Source: Eledone cirrhosa
Taxonomy: Eukaryota
Length of the DNA stretch: 64,000 nt
NCBI GenBank assembly: GCA_964016885.1
Contig: OZ024740.1
Location: 265,856,001-265,920,000 of the forward strand
Direction: 5' to 3'
Shown here piece after piece: positions 15,546 to 28,707 of this stretch (position 1 is the first letter of the stretch; each line of letters starts with the position of its first letter). The notes below the pieces were generated by a model. That model saw nothing but the letters and a program-made list of their open reading frames with translations, ran no database searches and was not told the DNA's origin. A program made the position numbers and the translations under genes.

Positions 15546-15949
15546 TAATAGGTTCCTTTTTTAAAAAAAGCACTTTCATTTTATATTCATCCTTTCTACA
15601 TTTTCTCCGGAATATAATTTCATACTCGTTGAGCAAACCTGCACGTACGCTGTTCATCTCTAACGTGACGATATATTATCACTACATTATTGATAACCTG
15701 AAATTTTATATATATATATATATATATGAGAGGTATAGAAAGTATTGTGGCAAGAACCCAACAGTATTCCATGATATATAAGTGACTATAGCGTCAAAAT
15801 GGGAAAATAGTTAACGTAAGATGTGGGAAAAATAATTCAAACTCAATTCAAATAGAATCAGGATATAGATTTATCCAACAGAATTTAGTGAAATCCAAGG
15901 AAAAATCAATAGAGCCTTAACTCATGATAAAATAAAGTTTATATATATA

Positions 15950-16118
15950 GGTTTATCCCGGGTTCTATCGGGGGTAACAACAGTAAGTAAGATACTCAAT
16001 ACAAAGCAGAGTATAAATATTTAATATAGAAAAGGCTTCTACGGGACTAGAACTGTTTCATTTGGGAGCTCCCGAATGAAACAGTTCTAGTCCTGTAGAA
16101 GCCTTTTCTATATTAAAT
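15950..16118 (-). mobile_element. Fold-back pLTR family B, second copy; palindrome 16019-16118
   Basis: Homologous to 12120-12234. Apex GGGAG|CTCCC at 16068/9 lies in HHR stem II, so only the GAAACAG..CTGTA half is retained. Confidence 0.8.
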
Positions 16119-16304
16119 GTATATATATATATATATATGTGTGTGTATGTGTGTGTGTGTGTATGTGTGTGTGTGTGTGTGTCTGTGTGTCTGTGTCTGT
16201 GTGTGTATCACCTTGACCGACCAGTCTGTCGGGCGCCAATCGGCGCCGCTGGTCACAGCGTGTCGTGCTCTTTTAGCCATTGTGTGCATATATATATGTA
16301 TATA

Positions 16305-17140
<836 letters not shown>

Positions 17141-17174
17141 TTTACATATATATATACATACATATACATATACG

Positions 17175-18110
17175 TGTTTTGCAACTGGTCACTTTGTTGC
17201 TCAATGAAAAATTTATTAATTAAACAATCAGAGCTATATATCATAAAACATGTCTATAGAATCACAAGATAAAATATATACTATTTTCTCTCCCAATTAC
17301 CATAATTAACTATATAAAAAATCGAATAGACCAGGCTATAAGAATGAGGCTTCTATGAAGAAATCTCCGACAAATAACCGAAACTAGCGCTTCGCGTCGG
17401 CCGCAGCGGAATATTTATCGAATATTTCGAAAGCGTAATCGCACAGATATAGTCAACTAAACAGAATTAGGTGTAAAATAAACTAGGCGAAAATAGAATA
17501 CATTTAAATACCTCTACCATGGTTTCATCCGTATTTTGAGTTTTCCAATAATTATGTAATAATTATATAAACTCGAGCGCCAGATTCATCAGGAAGCTCG
17601 CTCTTATCTAGACACTAAATTTTCCAAAGTGATCGCGCCAAGAATTCATTTCAAAATGGCTAAAAATCGTGACGTAGTCGCGGTCAGGTTCCAACCTGAC
17701 CGCGACTACGTCACGATTTGGAAAATTTAGTGTCTAGATAAGAGCGAGCTTCCTGTTGAATCCGGCGCTCGAGTTTATATAATTATTACATAATTATTGG
17801 AAAACTCAAAATACGGACGAAACCATGGTAGAGGTATTTAAATGTATTCTATTTTCTCCTAGTTTATTTTACACCTAATTCTGTTTAGTTGACTATATCT
17901 GGGCGATTACGCTGTCGAAATATTCGATAAATATTCCGCTGCGGCCGATGCGAAGCGCTAGTTTCGGTTATTTGTCGGAGATTTCTTCGTAGAAGCCTCA
18001 TTCTTATAGCCTGGTCTATTCGATTTTTTATATAGTTAATTATGCTAATTGGGAGAGAAATTAGTATATATTTTATCTTGTGATTCTATAGACATGTTTT
18101 ATGATATATA
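17175..18110. mobile_element. Fold-back element (family D), ~400-bp arms, apex ~17691
   Basis: 17235-17690 pairs with 17693-18107; the right arm lacks ~45 bp. Left-only extension is shared with 59632-59697. Confidence 0.9.
17510..17597 (-). ncRNA. Type I hammerhead with long stem-II insert (mirror 17748-17835 has the CTGTTGA mutation)
   Basis: GCTTC-CTGATGA-ATCTG...CGGAT-GAAA-CCATGG-TA^GAGGT. Confidence 0.75.
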
Positions 18111-18785
18111 TATATATATATATATACATCTATACAAAATATAAAGAATTGTGGAAAAATGGTAAAGAAAACAATATTTACTAATTCCTACATTTTGTTT
18201 CATCATAGTTGTTTCCATCTGTCTCCATAATATTTCCTTCATTATACATAGTATTACATTTTCAGAATAACGACTTCAGTACAACACTATATTTTAATTT
18301 ATCAGTCCCTAGGGGATGATAAAATTCCTAGTCAAATGTAATCGTAATTTATATCAGAATCTTTGAATACAAAGTTTAAATATTGCAGCAATAACATTCG
18401 CCTTTTATCAACTCTGCCATTGTGGAATTATTTTCATTCTTCTAATAATTTACTGATTTCACTACCTCGACTGCGGCCATGAGGATGGCACAACCTTCAT
18501 TTCGTCAATCATATCGATCCCAGAATTTGTTTTTCTTTGATTGAGTTTATTTTCTGTGTTCTGTGACTTGCTTTATCAATCTCGTTTTGTCGAACAGCTT
18601 ATTCCGAGATATAAGCACACATAACACATATATATATTTACAACGGGCTTCTGTATTTTTCGTCTACAAATACACCTCACAAACATAGGTCAGCTATAGT
18701 AGAAAACATTCACTCAAGATACCACAGCATGACTGAACCGCTGGACACTAGCATTTGAAATGTAATCGATCAAACGCAAAAACGT

Positions 18786-18892
18786 ATAATTGTTTCTACT
18801 TTAGGCACAAGGCCAGCAATCACGCAGTACATTACTGGTACTTTATTTTATCGACCCCGTAAGGATGAAAGGCAAAGTTAACCTCGGCGGGA
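18786..18892 (-). mobile_element. Nin-domain SINE, 5'-truncated
   Basis: GCCTTTCATCCTTACGGGGTCGATAAAATAAAGTACCAG on the minus strand. Confidence 0.85.
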
Positions 18893-19019
18893 AATAGTCC
18901 ATAATACGTAAAAAATACGTGTAATAAAAGTTGAGAAAATCGAGTAATGTATCCCAGGAAACATACATTATATATATACATAAAGCGTGAAAATAATAAG
19001 ACTTTGTGTCATTGCTTGT

Positions 19020-19262
19020 GTGTGTGTGTGCATGCAAAAAGCAAATAGAATTAACTAAGCAAACGTCACAGTACAATGAAGAATGTATATATATATATAT
19101 ATATTATTCCTTGTACTGTGACATTTGATTAGTTAGTTCTGTTTGCTTTTTGCATGCACACACATATACACGCACACACATACTCACCACACACACACAC
19201 ACACACACATGTATATATATATAATATATATATATATACTCACCACACACACACACACATGT

Positions 19263-19346
<84 letters not shown>

Positions 19347-19379
19347 TAACAGATTAAAGTTTAAGCAAAGAATTTTTAT

Positions 19380-19425
<46 letters not shown>

Positions 19426-19520
19426 CATTGTACTGTGACATTTGATTAGTTAATTCTGTTTGCTTTTTGCATGCACACACATATACACGCACACACATAC
19501 TCACCACACACACACACACA
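19020..19520. repeat. Inverted pair (19020-19083 / 19104-19170) around (TA)n, plus direct duplicate from 19421
   Basis: GCATGCAAAAAGCAAA..CACAGTACAATGAA and its reverse complement. Confidence 0.8.
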
Positions 19521-19532
19521 TGTATATATATA

Positions 19533-19622
<90 letters not shown>

Positions 19623-20379
19623 TTTCTTTTCATACATGCCTATGTATATATGCCTGAGTATTGGAGGATATGAAATAAAGATAGTTTGGGAATATGTGCA
19701 GATTACTTCTATCTGATTATTTTCTTCTATGCATAAGATCTTTCTAACGATGTACGTGGTTCATTTCTGCAGGGTTGATAATTTAAGTAACAATAAAAAA
19801 AAAAATTATCAGTAATCCCTGAAACGATTATTTCAACTATGATTGCGTTGTTCTAAGAAAGGAAGTAATCAATATTTAATACTTTGATAATTAACTTATG
19901 CACAAATATCAATCGAAGTATACTAGCTTGAAGTGTCTGGTAAGAACATTTCATGATCTATATTCAATATTCTATATTTCTAAATTGGATCATACAGGGA
20001 TGTTCCAAATTTGTACTGATTTAGACAGATACATTTATCAATGAGTTGAATTACTTTTCTCTCGGCATGAACCAGTGGGAAACAGCAATTCTTTTTGAAT
20101 AGAAGAATTTTAGATAAAATTTCTTTTTCAGTAGCTGTCTTGGCAGAAATATTGTTATATCAAAAATATAAAGAAAAACATTAATGAGAACGGAACATTA
20201 TGCACACAACTACTTCACTTGTAAAACATTTATCTTAGATGTTATTGAAATATCCAACAAAACTATCATAATTTTACTCATTTACAACGATTATTAATGC
20301 GCCCATGATTATTACTTTGTCGAAATAAATGAATCGCTAGAAATTATTGGAGAACAAGAATGAGATAAACAGTGACGTT

Positions 20380-20560
20380 CTTCTTTGGGAACCGAAGCAT
20401 GGGTATGGAAATGTTGGCAGACCACATCGAACCTACATAATGCACCTGTGCGAGGATCCTGGGTGCACCCAAGAAGACCTACCACGAGCACTGGCTGACC
20501 GAAGAGACTAGAGAGAACGAGTCATGGTGTGTCTTACAATAAGCACGACCGGATGATGAT
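20380..20560 (+). pseudogene. RTE-type LINE 3' end
   Basis: LLWEPKHG.G.VGRP..TYI..LCED followed by a (GAT)n tail. Confidence 0.6.
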
Positions 20561-20579
20561 GGCAGTTATTACTATAAAG

Positions 20580-20880
20580 CTCCCTTCGAATACGACTGAA
20601 CATGGGTTTGCATCCGGAAAGTTATTTTCCTTTGAGCAAGCCTGCGCAAGGTGTATTTTGTAGAACAGCAGTCACTCATGCATGCCAATCTCTCATCTGT
20701 ACGATGTCGTCCAAGGGAAAGGGGAAGCCGGATACAGTGTCATTGCAACTCATTTTTTCCAGCTGAGTAGACTGGTTCAACGTGAAGCACGTGTTTCTCA
20801 ACGCACTCTCTGTTTTGGAAATCGAACTCATGGCCTTACGATCATGAGTATAACACACTAACCACTAAGCCACACGCTTT
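20580..20880 (-). mobile_element. tRNA-derived SINE (second family), decayed
   Basis: Minus strand has box A TGGCTTAGTGG and box B GAGTTCGATTTCC. Related decayed SINEs near 9780-10150, 14580-14760, 18640-18740, 21660-21820 and 63880-64000. Confidence 0.6.
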
Positions 20881-20960
20881 CACTTACACCTTAGACCGAA
20901 CAGGTTTTGTTGTTTCTTAAATAGTCAGATAACATATTGGATTCAAACATTATGTTACCT

Positions 20961-21388
20961 TATATTACATTAAAATAATTGTTTCTACTATTGGCACATA
21001 GCCAGCAATTACCCAGTGCATTACTGGTACTTTATTTTACCGACCCCGTAAGGATGAAAGGCAAAGTTAACCTCGGCGGGATTTGAACTCAGAATGGCAA
21101 GGGCCATAACTCCATGCGTCAAAGCATGGCGTCCGACCCTCGACCGATACTGCCAATCTACCGCCTATATTACATTAAAATAATTGTTCCTATTTTAGGC
21201 ACAAGGCCAGCAATTATCCAGTACATTACTGGTACTTTATTTTATCGACACCGTAAGGATGAAAAGCAAAGTTAACCTCGACGGGATTTGAACTCAGATC
21301 ATAAAGGGACGTAACTCTATGCTTCAAAGCATGGTGTCCGACTCTCTACCGATACTGCCAATCCACCGCCTATATTACATTAAAATAA
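20961..21388 (-). mobile_element. Two tandem Nin-domain SINEs, separated and flanked by TATATTACATTAAAATA
   Basis: Box A TGGCAGTATCGG, box B GTTCAAATCC and Nin domain. The 17-bp sequence occurs at 20961, 21166 and 21371. Confidence 0.9.
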
Positions 21389-22740
21389 TATAACCAAATG
21401 TTATCTAAGATAAAAAAAATGTTCCTTTGAAAAATAGATTTTCTTGGTGAATGCATGAGGTGAAGTAATACAGTTATGACAACAGTGAGCATGATACAAC
21501 TCCTCCGGAAAATTGCGATGATCACCTGCTCACGACTGAAATTTTTGATTGAACATAAGGCAAATTGTAATTAGGATATTTATATATTTTATATATCTAT
21601 ATAACCTGACTTGCTGTGAACTCGAATATATTTCTATTCTAAGCTGAATAAGTAAGTAACATGGCAGAATGGTAAAGTCATTTTCTTTGCAACCATTAGA
21701 TCCCGGGTTTGATCTCAATGCATGGAATCTTGGGCAAGTGTCATTGACTATAACCTTAGGTCGACTTGAGCCTTGTGAGTGAAATTGTGTAGACGGAAAC
21801 TGTTTGGAAGTTCGTCGGATAGACTGTAATACTTTATATTTTAGTTATCATTTTATTCAATATACAGAATCTCACAATGTTGGGAAAGCCATTGACATTA
21901 TACAATTGAGCAGTATTTAATCAAATCAAAACACACTAATAAAGGGAACAGAAAGAGAAGAAAAATGAAAAGGAAATGGAGAAAAAAAAAAGGATAAAGC
22001 GTCGAAAGAAAGAGAGAGAGGGTGGGACAGTCTCTACACCCCAGTCTTCCTAATTCAAAGGGCCAGTGTCACAATATACCTCCTTGTAAGCTACTTTAAG
22101 AATACATAGACCTGTATTTGAAATGTCCAGTCTCATTCCCGTTACTTTAATGAGCAGGCTGTTCCGTTGATCAAACAACAGGAGCAATTATCATTGAATC
22201 CAATGGAAGCCCATTTAGCCCATGACTATCTTTTTTTTCTGTTTTCTTTCATATCATTCTCAATTATTAGTCATTGTATCGTTCACCTCTTTATGAGTAT
22301 TTAACCAGATTCCATTTCTTATTTATCAAAACGTTTGTTCGTTTCCTTTCATTTTTTTCATCCTTACTTCAAAAACATTATTGATTTTCTCTGTTATTCA
22401 CCTTTTCTTTTTCTTATCAGCTATCATCTTATCTGTTTCACATCATTTCATTTTCCTTACCTTCCTTTTCAAACCAAACTTACAGATTCGTCATATTACT
22501 CTTTCAGAAACATTTCCTCTTCTATTACCTATTACATGTTTTCTATAAATGCAGTGGCCTCGGATTCCTTATGCATGCAGCATCCCCCAAGCGTCAACTT
22601 CTTGGTGCTTATTTCCGAACACAGCCATCGAACGGCAGCATTTAGAAAACCTTTGGCTGCACTGTTCTTTAATGAGATCTATAAATATTTATCACATACT
22701 TGTATGTAAACAATTGTACTCCGGAAAGACTATTATTGCA

Positions 22741-22812
<72 letters not shown>

Positions 22813-22966
22813 GTGTGTATGTGTGTGTGTATACTATGTATATAGATATAGAGAGTGTGATAGAATGGGATAGACAGGTATAAACGTATATGTGCGTATA
22901 TACATATAAACCAAGATAGATAAATAAATAAATATATATGCCCGCACGCACTCACACGCACACGCA

Positions 22967-23114
<148 letters not shown>

Positions 23115-23266
23115 TGTGTGTATATATATATATTTATATATATATATATATATATATACATACATACATTTATATATGTGTGAGTCCGAAAACTACGACA
23201 CCAATGCCGCCATTATTTTGCTCGTGTTTATTTCATTTCCATGAACAATTATTAGGATTCATGTAT

Positions 23267-23314
23267 TGTGCTTGAAGACGAAGTAGGAGTATGTTCTGAA
23301 AAATGTTTAGTACA
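23267..23314 (+). ncRNA. Degenerate minimal hammerhead
   Basis: TGTGC-TTGAAGA-CGAA..TTCT-GAAA-AATGTT-TA^GTACA. Confidence 0.4.
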
Positions 23315-23487
23315 CTAAATACAGATTTAGTAAACGCGCATTGACAATGGAATGGACACAAGATATTGACGACGAAAGCTTTTGTTAAAAGTAGCTTTTA
23401 GGATATGATATAATAGATTTAAGTATAGGAACATTAAGAGCTTCAGAAAGCTATTTGGATGTCTGTTGAGTTAAGTACATAAGAATG

Positions 23488-23555
<68 letters not shown>

Positions 23556-23844
23556 TATATAAATGTAAGTCTGTATGTATACGTACATACATATATGTAT
23601 ACAGACGTACAGTAGCATGCATATATATACATATATATATATATATACATATATATACATATATATACATATATATACATATATGCATACAGGTACACAT
23701 ACATATATGCACGCATCAGTTTAGCGGACGTTTATTACAACGCCGCTTTGTTCGTTTGTTTGTCAACAAACCGAACAGCCTGAATTTATGCCATACGGTG
23801 TTAAGGCAACCACGTCACCTTTTTGTTCAACACTGACACAGGAA

Positions 23845-23885
23845 CGATGTACTAGTTTCAAGCTTGTTAGCTATCATCAGCACCG
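23845..23885 (-). ncRNA. Minimal type I hammerhead (inverted leader copy)
   Basis: Reverse complement of 24136-24176. Confidence 0.85.
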
Positions 23886-24135
23886 TTTACCCATCTGCCA
23901 GATAGTTGAACGTTCGAAAGTATATACTTTCCTTATGAACTTACAGACTTACATTTAAGTAAGTGCCATACTAAGAGTGAGAAATGAAATTTCGTTTTCA
24001 TTTTTTTCAACTTATCGTTTTCGGTATGCCTGACCGATTTAACTCACTCAATATGCAAATTAGGCTGCTCAGCCGTTAATTTTCATAAGGAAAGTATATA
24101 CTTTCGAACGTTCAACTATCTGGCAGATGGGTAAA

Positions 24136-24176
24136 CGGTGCTGATGATAGCTAACAAGCTTGAAACTAGTACATCG
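24136..24176 (+). ncRNA. Minimal type I hammerhead ribozyme, monomer 1
   Basis: CGGTG-CTGATGA-TAGCT aaca AGCTT-GAAA-CTAG-TA^CATCG. Canonical core with palindromic CTAG stem III. Confidence 0.9.
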
Positions 24177-24639
24177 TTCCTGTGTCAGTGTTGAACAAAA
24201 AGGTGACGTGGTTGCCTTAACACCGTATGGCATAAATTCAGGCTGTTCGGTTTGTTGACAAACAAACGAACAAAGCGGCGTTGTAATAAACGTCCGCTAA
24301 ACTGATGCGTGCATATATGTATGTGTACCTGTATGCATATATGTATATATATGTATATATATGTATATATATGTATATATATATATATATGTATATATAT
24401 GCATGCTACTGTACGTCTGTATACATATATGTATGTACGTATACATACAGACTTACATTTAAGTAAGTGCCATACTAAGAGTGAGAAATGAAATTTCGTT
24501 TTCATTTTTTTCAACTTATCGTTTTCGGTATGCCTGACCGATTTAACTCACTCAATATGCAAATTAGGCTGCTCAGCCGTTAATTTTCATAAGGAAAGTA
24601 TATACTTTCGAACGTTCAACTATCTGGCAGATGGGTAAA

Positions 24640-24680
24640 CGGTGCTGATGATAGCTAACAAGCTTGAAACTAGTACATCG
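24640..24680 (+). ncRNA. Minimal type I hammerhead ribozyme, monomer 2
   Basis: Identical to 24136-24176. Confidence 0.9.
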
Positions 24681-25143
24681 TTCCTGTGTCAGTGTTGAAC
24701 AAAAAGGTGACGTGGTTGCCTTAACACCGTATGGCATAAATTCAGGCTGTTCGGTTTGTTGACAAACAAACGAACAAAGCGGCGTTGTAATAAACGTCCG
24801 CTAAACTGATGCGTGCATATATGTATGTGTACCTGTATGCATATATGTATATATATGTATATATATGTATATATATGTATATATATATATATATGTATAT
24901 ATATGCATGCTACTGTACGTCTGTATACATATATGTATGTACGTATACATACAGACTTACATTTAAGTAAGTGCCATACTAAGAGTGAGAAATGAAATTT
25001 CGTTTTCATTTTTTTCAACTTATCGTTTTCGGTATGCCTGACCGATTTAACTCACTCAATATGCAAATTAGGCTGCTCAGCCGTTAATTTTCATAAGGAA
25101 AGTATATACTTTCGAACGTTCAACTATCTGGCAGATGGGTAAA

Positions 25144-25184
25144 CGGTGCTGATGATAGCTAACAAGCTTGAAACTAGTACATCG
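25144..25184 (+). ncRNA. Minimal type I hammerhead ribozyme, monomer 3
   Basis: Identical to 24136-24176. Confidence 0.9.
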
Positions 25185-25647
25185 TTCCTGTGTCAGTGTT
25201 GAACAAAAAGGTGACGTGGTTGCCTTAACACCGTATGGCATAAATTCAGGCTGTTCGGTTTGTTGACAAACAAACGAACAAAGCGGCGTTGTAATAAACG
25301 TCCGCTAAACTGATGCGTGCATATATGTATGTGTACCTGTATGCATATATGTATATATATGTATATATATGTATATATATGTATATATATATATATATGT
25401 ATATATATGCATGCTACTGTACGTCTGTATACATATATGTATGTACGTATACATACAGACTTACATTTAAGTAAGTGCCATACTAAGAGTGAGAAATGAA
25501 ATTTCGTTTTCATTTTTTTCAACTTATCGTTTTCGGTATGCCTGACCGATTTAACTCACTCAATATGCAAATTAGGCTGCTCAGCCGTTAATTTTCATAA
25601 GGAAAGTATATACTTTCGAACGTTCAACTATCTGGCAGATGGGTAAA

Positions 25648-25688
25648 CGGTGCTGATGATAGCTAACAAGCTTGAAACTAGTACATCG
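25648..25688 (+). ncRNA. Minimal type I hammerhead ribozyme, monomer 4
   Basis: Identical to 24136-24176. Confidence 0.9.
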
Positions 25689-26110
25689 TTCCTGTGTCAG
25701 TGTTGAACAAAAAGGTGACGTGGTTGCCTTAACACCGTATGGCATAAATTCAGGCTGTTCGGTTTGTTGACAAACAAACGAACAAAGCGGCGTTGTAATA
25801 AACGTCCGCTAAACTGATGCGTGCATATATGTATGTGTACCTGTATGCATATATGTATATATATGTATATATATGTATATATATGTATATATATATATAT
25901 ATGTATATATATGCATGCTACTGTACGTCTGTATACATATATGTATGTACGTACACATACAGACTTACATTTAAGTAAGTGCCATACTAAGAGTGAGAAA
26001 TGAAATTTCGTTTTCATTTTTTTTCAACTTAAATATATATAAATATATATCTATATATCTATATATACAATATTAAATAAATGGAAAACTATATTTATAA
26101 AACCATATTT

Positions 26111-26174
26111 ATTTCATTATATATATTTCGGGGATATCATATTAACAATATGCTATGCCTTCATCAGACAAAAT
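26111..26174 (-). ncRNA. Type I hammerhead of a separate pLTR remnant
   Basis: ATTTTGT-CTGATGA-AGGCATAGCATATT gtt AATATGATATCCCC-GAAA-TATATA-TA^ATGAAAT. Confidence 0.7.
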
Positions 26175-26540
26175 ACAATATAAACAGTTTTATAGATAAA
26201 TATATTCGACATACCGTAATAAACATCAACTTCATTTGAAGAGGTTCACTCTAGCAGTGAAAATACAGAGAGAAAGAAAGAGAGAGAGAAAAGAGGGAAA
26301 TAAGAAAGAAAGAAAGACAAAACGAAGAAAAGGAAGAAAAAGAAGAAAAAGAAGAAATGCATGGGACAAAATAGAGAGATGGAAAAATAGATAAAGCGAA
26401 GAGCTTCATGTAAAGAGACCGAAAGAGATATATATATATATAGAGAGAGAGAGGAAATAGAGATAGATACATATATAAATATAGATATAGAAAAATTAGG
26501 TAGTGGGAGGTCATTTTGAGTAAGTGTATCAATGATGCAT

Positions 26541-26575
<35 letters not shown>

Positions 26576-27118
26576 GCTCAAGTATTAATGTAAGGGAGAT
26601 ATATAGAGAGATATAGAGAGATATAGAGAGAGAAAAATTTAAAAATATTTAAAAATAGCCAGACATATTCGAGGCGTAGAAAACCCTATGTTTTAATGTA
26701 TTAGTATTTATAAAACTTACACTATATTGTAAATATCAGTATTCCTGAATGAAACAAGTATTCACAATGCGTGAAAATTCATTATCTTATGTTTAGTTTT
26801 TTTTTAAAAATTCATATGTCTATGTGAATCCAACTGATTCACTCCGCAAATTCAAAGTTACCGGAAAACATTCTCAATGTGGTATAAAAATTTGAGCGTA
26901 TTATTATTCTCTACAAGATTATCTATCAAGCAGAAATAGAGAGCAGATTTCAATATACTAATCGAAAATATATATTATATTATAAGCAGAGATAACAATA
27001 ATAATGATAATAAGTAAAAATATATAAAAATATAAAAATATAGAATAGAAAACTAAAAAAGAATATATATATATATATATATATAAATATATATAAATAT
27101 ATATCTATATATCTATAT

Positions 27119-27149
<31 letters not shown>

Positions 27150-27278
27150 AATATATATATGTATGTATATATACATATATAAAATATATATATATATATA
27201 TATGTAAATATATAAAAGATATATATATATAAGATATGTATATATAAGATATATATATAAGATGTATATATATATAAG

Positions 27279-27333
<55 letters not shown>

Positions 27334-27337
<4 letters not shown>

Positions 27338-27757
27338 ATCATGAATAGGTAAAGCAATTAAGATAAAAATTACCTCAAATGAATTGTGGTCCCAACTGCA
27401 GTTTCACCGTAAAGAGTATACCAGATATTTGAATAATTAATCATATAATAATTTATAATATTAGGCTAGGTGAATGGGCTCTTCAGGGAACCTTCTCATA
27501 TTAAGAAAAAATTCACAAGAAGGGAAGTCCATCAATTACTTCCCTTCTTGTGAACTATATACCACACGATGCGTGTCCCTTTCGAAAACATCAGTGGTAG
27601 CGATCACTAGAAATTTCTCTTAATATAAGAAGGTTCCCTGATGAGCCCATTCTCCTAGCCTTATATAATAAATTATTAGTCTTTACGTTAGTTGGGACCA
27701 AGAAGTATTTGAGGTAATTTTTTTTTCTCAATTACTTTGCTCATTCATGATTTTATA
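27334..27757. mobile_element. Older fold-back element with diverged arms and inner 17-bp hairpin (27512-27554)
   Basis: 27334-27510 is approximately the reverse complement of 27612-27757. Confidence 0.75.
27388..27492 (-). ncRNA. Type I hammerhead with ~74-nt stem II region
   Basis: GGTTCC-CTGAAGA-GCC...GGT-GAAA-CTGCAG-TT^GGGACC. Confidence 0.7.
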
Positions 27758-27931
27758 ATGCTCTGGCTGATTGATTAATTATTTAGTGAAGATTGTAATT
27801 GATGCACAAGTTTATATGTGTGTATATGCTTATGAATATATGTATACATATGTATTCAATTATGTATATATGTGCCTTCAGTTATGGCTAAGTAGTGAAT
27901 ATTGTTAATCTGGAGTTTCACTTACGAACTA

Positions 27932-27982
27932 TCATGTCTGATGACCCTGCGCGTGCGCAGGTGAAATTCCAGAGTAACAAGA
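27932..27982 (+). ncRNA. Type I hammerhead, preceded by an inverted fragment of its 3' half (27882-27921)
   Basis: TCATGT-CTGATGA-CCCTGCGC gt GCGCAGGT-GAAA-TTCCAGAG-TA^ACAAGA. Confidence 0.75.
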
Positions 27983-28473
27983 CTCACTACTTAGACATAA
28001 TACATGAATATTTAAACTTTTCTTCGGTATTGAGTAGTCTTTTCTCTTGTTCCTCAACTACATACGGATATGTATATATATATATGAATATATAACAATT
28101 TAAATAGAAAATAGAAGGCTTCACCGTAACATTTCACTAAATAATATAGTCTAATAACGGGGCGTATAAACCCACTGATCGGAAAAATATAGATATCAGC
28201 ACACAAAAGCGCACGCACACGCACACACACACATACGCAAATACACACATGAACACACACAAACACACTGACATACACACACATATATATATATAATATA
28301 GGTGACTTTAGTGGAGTATTCCACTATTAAATTTGGTAAGGTGACAAAAGTTCTATGCACACTAGAATTGTCAGATCGTAAGGAGTTTAAAACAATCGAA
28401 AGAAATCTTCAGAAATTAAAGTCCTTGTTGTTGAGGACAGTTCAAGTAGCAGAACATTATTATTTAAAATCTG

Positions 28474-28668
28474 GGCGGTGGATTGGCAGTATCGGTAGAG
28501 GGCCGGACGCCATGCTTTGAAGCATAGAGTTACCTCCCTTTATGATCTGAATTCAAATCCCACCGAGGGTAACTTTGCCTTTCATCCTTACAGGGTCGAT
28601 AAAATAAAGTACCAGTAATACACTGGGATAATTGCTGGCCTTTTACCAAAAGTAGGAACAATTATTAT
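28474..28668 (+). mobile_element. Nin-domain tRNA SINE, full length
   Basis: Box A/B, Nin domain and ATT tail. ATTATTATT.AAAAT flanks look like a target-site duplication. Confidence 0.85.
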
Positions 28669-28707
28669 TCAAAATGACAAAAAGACCAATGTTAACCACT
28701 TATAAAC

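Larger units (their letters stand above)
23561..26030 (+). mobile_element. Retrozyme-like insertion: 379-bp inverted leader plus ~4.1 tandem 504-bp HHR-containing monomers
   Basis: Period is exactly 504 and units are essentially identical. 23561-23939 is the reverse complement of 24082-24460. (TA)n on both sides; non-coding. Confidence 0.92.

Noticed and set aside
24121-24131. Pol III box A-like TGGCAGATGGG in the retrozyme monomer
   Set aside because: No convincing box B, and the motif is not conserved in the 29.2-kb relative.
24185-26017. Repeated 106-109-aa ORFs in the 504-bp array
   Set aside because: They cross TA-rich low complexity and have no recognisable domain; the repetition only reflects the tandem unit.
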